58,313 bases of DNA, from the NCBI GenBank assembly GCA_041484845.1, contig JBGPIK010000002.1, positions 1 to 58,313 on the forward strand, read 5' to 3'. Within the stretch, counting starts at the first letter, position 1. Each line of letters begins with the position of its first letter. Positions 8,392 through 17,261 of the stretch are shown here, piece by piece. Source of the DNA: Candidatus Binatia bacterium. GTDB taxonomy: Bacteria > Desulfobacterota > Binatia > UBA9968. The position numbers and the translations under genes are program-made. The notes beneath the pieces were generated by a model. That model saw only the letters and a program-made list of their open reading frames with translations, did not search any database and was not told the origin of the DNA.

Positions 8392-9048
8392 TTAACGCCT
8401 CACCGTAACGCCGATTTGACTGCAATATTGGGCGACGGGACACTGGCTGCACAGAGGAGAAATAGGCCGGCATAAATGCTGGCCGAACGACACAAGCAAG
8501 TCATTATACTCAATCCAATAGCGCTTCGGCAGTTTATCGCGCAGCGCAAACTCCGTTTTTTCGGGCGTTGGCGTTTTTATGTAACCCCAACGATTGGAAA
8601 TCCGATGCACGTGGGTATCGACACAAATCCCCGGCTTGCGGTAGCCGAGTGTTACGACGAGATTGGCGGTCTTTCGCCCCACGCCTTTGAACTTCAACAA
8701 CTCGTCGATATCGTCCGGCACTTTTCCTTCGTAGTCGCGCAACAGGGTTGCGCAGATCGCACGAATAACTTTCGCTTTAGTGCGGTAAAAGCCGACGGGA
8801 TAGATCGCCGTTTCGATTCGCTTGGCGGTAAGCTTGACCATCGCTTCGGGTGAGTCCGCCAAAGCGAACAGCCGGTGCGCAGCTTGCGCGGTCGTGCCGT
8901 CTTGCGTGCGCAAGCTCAGAAGGCACGAAATCAGCACTCTGAATGGACTTTGGTAGGTTTCCGCCATCAGCGTGACGATCGGCGTCTGCCATTGGGGAAC
9001 TGCGCGGCGCAAAATGCGCAGTGCGGTATGAATCTCGAGGTCTTTCAC
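8392..9048 (-). CDS. nth: Endonuclease III (HhH-GPD DNA glycosylase with a 4Fe-4S cluster loop)
   Basis: 218 aa with the HhH motif LLKFKGVGRKTANLV, catalytic VDTHVHRI and the C-terminal CRPISPLCSQCPVAQYC (C-x6-C-x2-C-x5-C). The start is GTG at 9048. The stop abuts the start of the downstream propeller gene. Confidence 0.9.
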   Translation of the reverse strand: MKDLEIHTALRILRRAVPQWQTPIVTLMAETYQSPFRVLISCLLSLRTQDGTTAQAAHRLFALADSPEAMVKLTAKRIETAIYPVGFYRTKAKVIRAICATLLRDYEGKVPDDIDELLKFKGVGRKTANLVVTLGYRKPGICVDTHVHRISNRWGYIKTPTPEKTEFALRDKLPKRYWIEYNDLLVSFGQHLCRPISPLCSQCPVAQYCSQIGVTVRR

Positions 9049-9672
9049 GATACTGATAGTTCTCGCTTCGTTTCGATAAATTGAAATGGTTTCATATCAC
9101 AGATCGTCAGCCGGTCAAAAATGTTCCAGCCCTGGTCGCCGAGAAAATCGCTAGCGTTTTGCAATCTCGATCGCCGAAAAGTATCTCTATGAGCCTTCTG
9201 CGGTGTTAATGCCTATCCAGAAACGCGAGGGTGGCGATCATCTGGCTAAGAAGGAGGCAAGCGCCGAGCCGAGCACTAAACAGAGCGTTGAAGCTTTTCA
9301 TTTCTGTGTCTTCGCTCCTCCAGGCTCACGCCGCGATCAACAGAGTGTCATGATTATTCCTCTGACGATGAATGATGCGGGCTATCGCAGGTCTCATTGA
9401 GCCTAACTGCGTGACGTTTGCGGATCATCCCTCGTCTCATGGCGAACCCGTCTATCATTGTTACTGCAAGGGGTGGGATATTGGGGCGCGACGGCAAGAT
9501 TCCTCGAGCCATTGTCCGTTATTATGTGAATACCGCCGTCGAACCGACAGTCGCCTTTGTTGTTTTCTCGTCCCCGTTCGACGGCAAGAACATAGTCTTG
9601 GTAGAAAAGCCGAAAGGAAGCCTTTATGGTTCCGCGCCAATCGGGCGATTAGAAATTAACGGTTCGGGTTGC

Positions 9673-10668
9673 TTATTTTTTCTCAATCTCTTTCCGGGCC
9701 GCGCGCAGGAAAGAAAAATCCAAAATAGATTCCGGGTGGAAGGCCAAGGACTCGGTTTTTCCGGTTTCGTGCATCATTTCGAGGATGACTCGCGCCTTTG
9801 CTGCGCTGATTTCTCCGCTAGGAGTAAGGATGTCAAGGGCGTCACTATAGACTCTGGCGGCGGTCTTCTGGGGGATGTCGAATTGACTGGCGAGAAATTC
9901 AACGGCGACGGCCTTCCTCTGGCGAAACGCATATAGGGATCGCAGACTTGCGCGGACCATGCGCTTTACTTCGTCGGGGCGCGATTTGATTTTTTGATCG
10001 GTCGTTACGATTCCATTGGATGTCGTCGCGTCGGGCACCGACTGGCCGAGGAAGGTCAGAATCCTCAAGCGTTTTTCCTCGGCCAAGACGTTGAAGGGAG
10101 GAGCGAGAACCGCTGCATCCAAGGCTCCTGCTAATAGGCTTTGCAACGCCGTCGGTGAAAATTGGCCCGTAACGTAGGAAACCTCGCGATCGGGATCAAT
10201 CCCCTGTTGACGGAGAAAGCGCTTCAAGACAAGTTGCGGCGTGTCGCCTGGAAAACTAACGCCGATCCTTTTACCACGGAGCTGCGCGACATTCTTGATC
10301 TCAGGCCGGGTTACCAACCAAAAAGGGGTCTTGTGGTCGAGCGCAAATACCAGTTTCAGTGGAAATCCCTGGGCAGCCGCGCGCAGCGCCGCGCCGCCAT
10401 GGGCGATGTAATCGATCTCGCCCGTTCCCAAGGCCGCGATAGCGAGGTCCGTTCGCATCGTCATGAATTCCAAGTCGATGAGTTCGTCGGCGAAGATACC
10501 CAGCTGACGCCCCAGGTAGAGTGGGGCATACATCACCGCCGTTGTCGGCTGGGCAAGGCGAATCTTCGCCGCGGCCGAAAACGCAGGCGGTATGGCCAAC
10601 AAAAGGCAGAAAACAATTCCTACGGCTAATTCTAAGGGTTTAATTCGCCAACACGCGCATCTTGTCAT
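9673..10668 (-). CDS. NMT1/TauA/SsuA-type periplasmic solute-binding protein
   Basis: 331 aa with a signal peptide (…AIPPAFSAAAK). The pattern LGIFADE.IDLEF, GEIDYIAHG, KGKRIGV is typical of the nitrate/sulfonate/bicarbonate SBP family. Its start overlaps the RND stop by 4 nt. Confidence 0.75.
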   Translation of the reverse strand: MTRCACWRIKPLELAVGIVFCLLLAIPPAFSAAAKIRLAQPTTAVMYAPLYLGRQLGIFADELIDLEFMTMRTDLAIAALGTGEIDYIAHGGAALRAAAQGFPLKLVFALDHKTPFWLVTRPEIKNVAQLRGKRIGVSFPGDTPQLVLKRFLRQQGIDPDREVSYVTGQFSPTALQSLLAGALDAAVLAPPFNVLAEEKRLRILTFLGQSVPDATTSNGIVTTDQKIKSRPDEVKRMVRASLRSLYAFRQRKAVAVEFLASQFDIPQKTAARVYSDALDILTPSGEISAAKARVILEMMHETGKTESLAFHPESILDFSFLRAARKEIEKK

Positions 10669-12992
10669 GTTATTGGCCTTACTTGCCCGATGATGAATCG
10701 CGGTCTTGTGGCGGCGATCATGGCGGGTAGTAGGAGCAGTCCGCCGAGCATATTCATCGTCAAAATGATCAGGAGTTGGTAACCCATTTCGGCTTGGAAG
10801 CGCAGCGGGGAAAGTGACCAGAAGGCGATCCCCGCTGCAACCAGGACAGCCGTGTAGAGGACGGCCTTCCCCGCGGTAGCGACCGCCGTGACGAGGGCCG
10901 CGTTCAAGTTTTTCTCGTTTTGGCGCCGGTATTCTTCAATCGCGCGCGAAACGATGTAGATGCCATAGTCGACGCCGAACCCTACACCTAAACTAATAAC
11001 CGGTAGGGTGTTTATATTGAGGCCGACGCCGGTGTACGCCATGAGCGCCATGCCGAAGGTGTTGGAAATAAAAACCACGCCGACGAAGAGCAAGCCGGCT
11101 AAGAGCGAATAAAATCCCAGAGCGCAAATCACCAACTGAGCCACAAGGACAAGACCCAAAATAAAGCGGCTGGAATGATCCATGACCTCGTTGGCTGCGG
11201 CGAGAACGCCGATGATGCCGCCTGCGAGCCGAAACTGTCCCTCTTCCAGCCGGTGCTTCGCTATGAAGTCCTTGGCCAGCTCGATTACGTCCCGAATCGT
11301 GTCTCCTTTATGATCGCGCAGAAAGAACGTGACGTTAGCATCCTTAAAGTTGTAATTGACCCAGCGATCGAAATCGCCCGGCTCGCTGCCATGCTCGGCA
11401 ACCATGAGGATTCCTCCGACTTCTTCTTCCGACCGCGGGAGGATGCCCCAGCGTGGGTCATTGTAGTGCAAAACGGAATTGATTTGCCGGGTCAAGCCGA
11501 CCAGGGAGTCGGAGCCGCCGATATGGGGTGATTGTTCCATGGCGCGCTGAAATGCTTCTACGGTTCTTAAAACGCGCGGGGACTTCGCTGCTCTTTCTTC
11601 TTTACCCTCGAAAATAACATACAGGTGATCGGTTCCTTGAAATCGCTCGTTGATGTGGCGCACGCTGAGATTATAATTCGAGTCGGGCCAGAGGAGCGGC
11701 GAGCCGGGTCGGGAATCACCCACGGTCAAAAACTGATTCCAGTAAAGACTCCATACGAAGATAATCCCAAACGCGGCTATAACCGCCCAGCGACCGACGG
11801 GAGTGACGCACATGCGTCCGATCTTTTGCAGTGGACGATCGAGCCAATGGCCTTCGCCGCCCTTCGGAAGGTGACGCGGCGCGGGAAAATAGCAACAAAA
11901 AATCGGATCGAGTATGAGTACACTGACAATGTTGCTGAGAACCCAAAAGCTTCCTGAGATGGCCAGCTTTGTAAGAATTGGCATGGGAGCCACGAGCAAG
12001 ACCGTTAGACCGATCGCATCGGTTAGAATTGAGACGCTTCCTGGCATCAGCAATCCGGCTACGGCCGCACTGGCCGCTTTTTCTTTGTCGCCGTAGCGCT
12101 CTAATTCTTCAAAGAACCTTTCGCGGAACTGAATCGAGTGACTCAGGGTTCGCGCCGCGATCAGAAATGGAACCACCAGGACGAGCGGATCGAAGTTAAA
12201 TCCCATTAAGGAGGTAAATCCGGTTCCCCAGATGAACGTGATGGTTGCCGATAAGATCGGAATCACGACGCCGTTCACGTTGCGATAATAAAGAACCAAG
12301 AGGACGAGTAGGGTGAGACAGGTAAGAGCGATAACGAAGAGGATGTCTTTTAGGTGGTAATAGATCCAACCGTACAATATCGGTTCACCAGCGGCGTATA
12401 CTGACGTGTTAGGATCCTCCACGGATCGGATCGCCGATTGAACGTTTTGGAACAATCGGGCGTAGTCCAGCCGCTCCTCGTGAAACGCGGCTGTAATCAA
12501 TGCGGCTTTACCGTCTAATGAAACCAGCCGTCCGGCTATGGTCGGATTGGAATTGACGGCGCTTCGGAGTTGCTCGATTTCCTCGGCTGTTTGCGGCACA
12601 GTCGGCCACATGATCGGCTGAACCTCAATCCCCCAAGAAGTTGCCCGGACGTCTTTGACTTTTTGGCGAGCGATCGAAAAGATCTGGTAGTTATTCGCGC
12701 CCGGAGTTCGCTCCAGGAGCTCCGTGAGCTTTTGGATTTTTGTTAAAGTCGGCGTGTTGTAAATGTCTCCCTGTTTGACCTCGACCGAGAGCAGAACTAA
12801 GTTGGCCCCGCCGAAAACCTTGCGAAACTGGTCATGAACCTGAATGAAGGGATGACCTCTTGGCAGCAGATCCGAGAACGCCGTATACATTTCGATTTTG
12901 CGGGCATGATAGCTGAAGAAGAGAGTGATAAGTAAAATTGCAATAAGGACCGGTAAACGTTTTCTAACGATCCATTCGGCCGCCCAGGTCAT
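10665..12992 (-). CDS. RND-superfamily transporter of the MMPL/HpnN-like (SSD, predicted exporter) type
   Basis: 775 aa with two blocks of hydrophobic helices separated by large soluble loops. The N-terminus (RKRLPVLIAILLITLFF...FSDLLPRGHPF) is typical of predicted-exporter RND proteins that co-occur with DUF1302/DUF1329. Confidence 0.8.
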   Translation of the reverse strand: MTWAAEWIVRKRLPVLIAILLITLFFSYHARKIEMYTAFSDLLPRGHPFIQVHDQFRKVFGGANLVLLSVEVKQGDIYNTPTLTKIQKLTELLERTPGANNYQIFSIARQKVKDVRATSWGIEVQPIMWPTVPQTAEEIEQLRSAVNSNPTIAGRLVSLDGKAALITAAFHEERLDYARLFQNVQSAIRSVEDPNTSVYAAGEPILYGWIYYHLKDILFVIALTCLTLLVLLVLYYRNVNGVVIPILSATITFIWGTGFTSLMGFNFDPLVLVVPFLIAARTLSHSIQFRERFFEELERYGDKEKAASAAVAGLLMPGSVSILTDAIGLTVLLVAPMPILTKLAISGSFWVLSNIVSVLILDPIFCCYFPAPRHLPKGGEGHWLDRPLQKIGRMCVTPVGRWAVIAAFGIIFVWSLYWNQFLTVGDSRPGSPLLWPDSNYNLSVRHINERFQGTDHLYVIFEGKEERAAKSPRVLRTVEAFQRAMEQSPHIGGSDSLVGLTRQINSVLHYNDPRWGILPRSEEEVGGILMVAEHGSEPGDFDRWVNYNFKDANVTFFLRDHKGDTIRDVIELAKDFIAKHRLEEGQFRLAGGIIGVLAAANEVMDHSSRFILGLVLVAQLVICALGFYSLLAGLLFVGVVFISNTFGMALMAYTGVGLNINTLPVISLGVGFGVDYGIYIVSRAIEEYRRQNEKNLNAALVTAVATAGKAVLYTAVLVAAGIAFWSLSPLRFQAEMGYQLLIILTMNMLGGLLLLPAMIAATRPRFIIGQVRPIT

Positions 12993-14038
12993 CGAGTTGA
13001 GTAAACTCCGTTTTCTATTGTTTTCGAAAAAACTGAAATTTGTTGCCAGTGCTGTCCAGCGTCGTTGCTGCGCAGAATTAGCCCGCGATTGCCGACGATC
13101 AATCCTAAGTTGTTTTTCCCGAACGCGACGCCGTTAAAAGTTGACGGAGGTGTCTTGAGATTCACCGCGGTCCACTCGTTCGTTGCCAAGCTTGAGACGA
13201 GGAGCGCGCCACGTTCTCCCACCACCCAGCCTTTTCCATCGAACGCGGCTGCAGCAAATAGATGGCTCCGTTTCGCGCCCATAGGCGAAGTGCTGGCCGG
13301 ACTCGCGACCTTCCACGGCCCACCGTCTTGCATGGCTAAAATAGTTCCATCCAAGCCAAACGCCCAAGCCGCATGGGAGTTCCGCAAGAGAAGCCGAAAG
13401 AGGCTGCGACTCTCACCGCTGGCAAAATCAACTTCTATCGGGCTCTTTTGTTTCACCCAACTCCGCCCGCCATTCTTGCTGTAATAGATCCGCCCGAATT
13501 CTCCCACTGCCCAAGCCCGCTGGTTGTCAATAAAGCGCACGTCGTTAAGGGTTACATCATCGCCTAACCCGTGATTTGCCCAGGTTGTGCCGCCATCCTC
13601 TGTCACGAGAACGGCGCCTCGACTCCCCACCGCCATGCCGTGGCGTTCATCGATAAAATCCAGGCCAAAAAGGTGCTCTTCCACCGGGATTTTTTGTCTT
13701 TGCCAAGTCTTGCCGCCATCCTGAGTACACAGCAGGGTTCCGTAGCTCCCGGACGCCCATCCATATTTCTCGCCGCGGAAAACGACACGGAAAAGCGCTT
13801 CCGTAGTGCCGCTTTGTTGCTTCGTCCATGTGAGCCCTCGATCCTGCGAGTGTAGGATCGTTCCGTAATACCCGACGATCCAGACGAGTTCTTCTTGAAT
13901 TGCTACATCATAGAAATTGTCGCGAATGGCAGAACTTTTTATCGGTGAGGCCTTATCTTGAGGAGAAACGGCGGCGCAAAAAACAATCATCCATGCGATC
14001 ACGGAAAAAAGAACAGCAAATTTACGGAGCGAAAGCAT
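12989..14038 (-). CDS. Ycf48/BNR-like beta-propeller protein (photosystem II stability/assembly-factor-like)
   Basis: 349 aa with a signal peptide. Six recognisable Asp-box-like blades are present: SQDRGLTW, TQDGGKTW, TEDGGTTW, SKNGGRSW, MQDGGPW, SNDAGQHW. Its stop overlaps the RND start by 4 nt. Confidence 0.75.
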   Translation of the reverse strand: MLSLRKFAVLFSVIAWMIVFCAAVSPQDKASPIKSSAIRDNFYDVAIQEELVWIVGYYGTILHSQDRGLTWTKQQSGTTEALFRVVFRGEKYGWASGSYGTLLCTQDGGKTWQRQKIPVEEHLFGLDFIDERHGMAVGSRGAVLVTEDGGTTWANHGLGDDVTLNDVRFIDNQRAWAVGEFGRIYYSKNGGRSWVKQKSPIEVDFASGESRSLFRLLLRNSHAAWAFGLDGTILAMQDGGPWKVASPASTSPMGAKRSHLFAAAAFDGKGWVVGERGALLVSSLATNEWTAVNLKTPPSTFNGVAFGKNNLGLIVGNRGLILRSNDAGQHWQQISVFSKTIENGVYSTR

Positions 14039-14076
14039 TATGCCTGGTAATTGGGTATCGGACGGATCCTCTTAAC

Positions 14077-14111
14077 CCCGCACCACGGAATATTGTGCCG
14101 TCAGGTGCGGG
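14077..14111 (-). other. Intercistronic RNA hairpin between the DUF1329 and propeller genes
   Basis: CCCGCACC (14077-14084) pairs with GGTGCGGG (14104-14111). An inner ACGG/CCGT stem and a 9-nt loop complete the structure. It lies in the 141-nt gap inside an otherwise tightly packed operon. Confidence 0.3.
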
Positions 14112-14179
14112 AGCAAAGGATTCTTGCAGCTCCCTAAGGAGAAGCTTCGACCCGCGGACTTGCGACCGTCAGGCAGGGC

Positions 14180-15433
14180 TTACTCGATACTTCCTCCGCG
14201 CATGATGGTTTCGAGAGTCGCAAGACTGAACATACTAGCCGGGTATCCCTGATTGTAGGCTCGCGTGGAGGTGACGATCGTTGAGCGCCCATTCTGGACA
14301 TTGACGATGACCACATCTCCAACTGACCAAACCTCACGGCCGTCGGCGAGTTTTACCGGCGTGAACATGCCGAATTGTTCCTTCCAGTAGTCTCCCTTTT
14401 TGTCCCAGATCAAGGTCCAGTGGGTATCGAAGGTCATTTTATTGAGATGCAACAGCTTTTTCGGGTAGCAATAGTTGGGATCCTTAGGAGTGACCTCCAG
14501 GACATACGTATCGACGACTTCCCATTTCTCGTTCAGAGGCAGATAGTCCCCTTGCTTGCGGTCGAACGGGAGCTTTTCCTGGCTTAGATTCGCCAGTATT
14601 TTCTTTTCACCGAGGAACTTGTAGTTGAAATCCGTGATCTTGCCGTTGAAGCTGTTGATGTCATCCAAGTTAAACTCACTCGGAGCTAGGGTCTGACAGC
14701 GCTGGGTTGTGGTCGCCCGGCGGATGCGCCGGATGCTGGGAATATAGATGTAGAGGTCGTCCGGCTTCTTTGGATCATCATAACGAATCTCCAACGTCGT
14801 CGTGCCCGCAGCATCCCGCGGGTAGCTGTCGACGCGAAGCTGCATATAATCTATATGCTCGTAGCCGGGAATCGCCGGTTTAGGATTCGATGTGTAACGG
14901 GTGCGGGGAAAAAGAAAATAAGACACGAGATCCGCGCGGCGCTCCGAGCCGTCTTTTTCTATTACCGAGCGAACGATCTTGCCGCCTTTGACAGCGCCTC
15001 CGGTTTTATAGTCATCGCCTAGCCAACGCCAGAAAAAATTCCAAGCAAGCTTCTGTCCAATCTGAGAATCGCTTAGGTCCAATTTGGGGAAGGGCTGACC
15101 GGCCACGTAATTGACCAGTTCGCCATTGGGGCCGAGCGCTACTTTGCTGGAATATTTTTCCGTAGCTTCGACATATTCCTTGAGTGGCCGATAGATCTTC
15201 GGCGCTTTGATTTGAATGGAGTAGCCGCTCTTGATGCGGTTGAGGAAATTTTCACCCACCATTCCTTGAACTCTCTGCCAATTTTGCGGACCGATAGTGT
15301 CACCAGCTTTGAGGTCTGCGTCGGCGGCATGAGAGCTGAAGGCAAAAGATAAAAGGGCAATGGAACAAAAAACAATCCTGCCGATTGCAAAGAAAATTGT
15401 CGTTCCGTATTTACCTGAGCCAATAGGGTTCAT
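14180..15433 (-). CDS. DUF1329-family periplasmic protein (LolA-like outer-membrane lipoprotein-sorting fold)
   Basis: 417 aa with a signal peptide and SD GGAGGT 7 nt upstream. The N-terminal pattern NWQRVQGMVGENFLNRIKSGY...VAGQPFPKLD...KLAWNFFWRW is characteristic of DUF1329. Confidence 0.75.
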   Translation of the reverse strand: MNPIGSGKYGTTIFFAIGRIVFCSIALLSFAFSSHAADADLKAGDTIGPQNWQRVQGMVGENFLNRIKSGYSIQIKAPKIYRPLKEYVEATEKYSSKVALGPNGELVNYVAGQPFPKLDLSDSQIGQKLAWNFFWRWLGDDYKTGGAVKGGKIVRSVIEKDGSERRADLVSYFLFPRTRYTSNPKPAIPGYEHIDYMQLRVDSYPRDAAGTTTLEIRYDDPKKPDDLYIYIPSIRRIRRATTTQRCQTLAPSEFNLDDINSFNGKITDFNYKFLGEKKILANLSQEKLPFDRKQGDYLPLNEKWEVVDTYVLEVTPKDPNYCYPKKLLHLNKMTFDTHWTLIWDKKGDYWKEQFGMFTPVKLADGREVWSVGDVVIVNVQNGRSTIVTSTRAYNQGYPASMFSLATLETIMRGGSIE

Positions 15434-15456
15434 TACCTTAACCTCCGCTCGAATCG

Positions 15457-17154
15457 TTAGAATTGATAACGCATTTTTAAAAATACCGAGTCTTTTTCTT
15501 CGAAAAACCCGAAGGACTTGAATTTGTTACGTCCACCGTAGAAGGCGCCGACCAGGCTCAGTTTGATCTTTTCATTTCCCGGCGGCACATAACTAATCGC
15601 TGGGTTGGCCGTCCAGTAGCCTTCTGGATCGTAGCCAACAAACACATCGGGCAGGATAGTGTCGCCCGCGTATCCGGTTCCAATTCTGAAGGTGAGCGTG
15701 GTAGAAACTTGCTTAATCTTTTCTGCGGTGGAAAATGGATGAATCCCGTTCTCATGATCGAAGATGATGCTTTGGAAGATCTGGAACGAAAGACTAAACG
15801 CGCGCCAGGGATCGTCCGGGTGGAGGAAGGGAATTAATGTCGTGCGGTCAAAACCGATTGCGTATCTGAGAGTATTTTTTTCTACAATTCCGTCCGGGTG
15901 ATTAGGATCGGCGCTTGCCCTGAGACCGTATGACCCGGGAAACTTTGAGATGTTATAGGGCTTATCGGGAAAAAAAGCCAGCTCTCCCCTAATGGTTGTG
16001 TTGACTGGAATATTCGCAATATCGCCTATGGGGTAGTTAAAATGACCGGCAAAGATACTTGTACGATCATTCAGTAAGGTCAGATTGGCCACACTTGGGG
16101 CACGACCGGCCAGGCACGGCCCCGGCACCGGAGCAGAGCACCGCACTCCGGTTAGTTTAAAGACCATGTCCGTAGACTGAGGGTTGAAACCCCAGATGTA
16201 ACCCAAGCCGAAATTCAGTTGTCCGATGCTATGAGTAATCCTGGCACCGATCTTCCAGCTATCTCCGGCATCCGGAAGCTCCCGGCGCGTGCTGGGAATG
16301 ACGAGACATCCCACTCCGACACAGCCACCAGGGTTTAGAGGGTTCGCGAACAGATTGCCAAAGGCGTTTCGGCCCGCAAGCAACAATCGTGTTTCCGGAT
16401 GAGCCGACCATCGTCCATATCTGACCTGGCGATCGCCGGTATCGTTGCTGCCGACGATTTCGTCGACGCGTTGTTTAGCGTCTTCGAAAAATCCAGGCAT
16501 GGCAAAGAACTCAAAGATCGTGTTGCTTACAGGGCGTATTGTATAAAGCGTTCTCAACCCCGTCGACGGTATTCGGGTCTCGTCTAGATTAAAAAGATTA
16601 GGCGCCGCAGGCGGTGAAAATGTAAGATCCTGGGGGTTGATCAAGTCTAGGAGCCGGATACCGTCGGTCTCTCCCCACGAGACAAATTGCCTGCCCAACC
16701 TTACTTTCAAGGTGTCTGTTGGAGAAAGGTCCAAAACCGCTTCCCACGGTTTGGGACTATATTCGTCGTAGAATGTGTTGGGCAGCGGTTTTACCGGCGC
16801 GGCCGGAAAGTATGTTACGGTCTGCTTGCGACTCTTGGCTTCCGAGCTGTAACGGATTTCTTTGACGAATCGCCATGAGATAAATAATTTGGCCCAACTG
16901 GTAGCGTCGATGTTGAGTTCGGGCTGGATGGTAAAGCGCTGCATATCCAGGCGGTTCGAGGTGTTGAAGTGGCTATCGCCGTTGCTTACCGCAAGGCCGG
17001 TTATGTTCTCGGCAAAGCCGCGAAAGGAAACCTTCTCTCTAAAAAACTTTTCCCAATCGTCGCCGAGGAGAGAGCCAGCATTGATCGCCGTGGGCTTGAG
17101 TAGGAGCGCTAGAAAGCCGATCAGACAAAACAACTTAAGCGGTTCTTTCCTCAT
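15457..17154 (-). CDS. DUF1302-family outer-membrane beta-barrel protein
   Basis: The track ORF begins at GTG 17160. ATG 17154 has GGAG 6 nt upstream, so I prefer it. Signal peptide, the RLGRQFVSWGETDGIRLLDLINPQD motif and a C-terminal ...MRYQF (terminal Phe) are present. Confidence 0.75.
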   Translation of the reverse strand: MRKEPLKLFCLIGFLALLLKPTAINAGSLLGDDWEKFFREKVSFRGFAENITGLAVSNGDSHFNTSNRLDMQRFTIQPELNIDATSWAKLFISWRFVKEIRYSSEAKSRKQTVTYFPAAPVKPLPNTFYDEYSPKPWEAVLDLSPTDTLKVRLGRQFVSWGETDGIRLLDLINPQDLTFSPPAAPNLFNLDETRIPSTGLRTLYTIRPVSNTIFEFFAMPGFFEDAKQRVDEIVGSNDTGDRQVRYGRWSAHPETRLLLAGRNAFGNLFANPLNPGGCVGVGCLVIPSTRRELPDAGDSWKIGARITHSIGQLNFGLGYIWGFNPQSTDMVFKLTGVRCSAPVPGPCLAGRAPSVANLTLLNDRTSIFAGHFNYPIGDIANIPVNTTIRGELAFFPDKPYNISKFPGSYGLRASADPNHPDGIVEKNTLRYAIGFDRTTLIPFLHPDDPWRAFSLSFQIFQSIIFDHENGIHPFSTAEKIKQVSTTLTFRIGTGYAGDTILPDVFVGYDPEGYWTANPAISYVPPGNEKIKLSLVGAFYGGRNKFKSFGFFEEKDSVFLKMRYQF

Positions 17155-17261
17155 GTTCACCTCCGATGTCCAGGCCGGCTATTTTTTTGGGCGTTGTTCG
17201 TGGTAGGTATCAAAAGCATCCGTTTAGTGTTTCAAATATCGTTTATATATAAACAATCTCA

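Noticed and set aside
9418-9936. 172-aa plus-strand ORF whose first ~85 residues look protein-like (…AIVRYYVNTAVEPTVAFVVFSSPFDGKNIVLVEKPKG…, faintly Nudix-like)
   Set aside because: There is no Nudix box or other motif and no SD. The last 264 nt run antisense into the binding-protein gene. At best it is a decayed gene fragment, which is not enough evidence to call a pseudogene.
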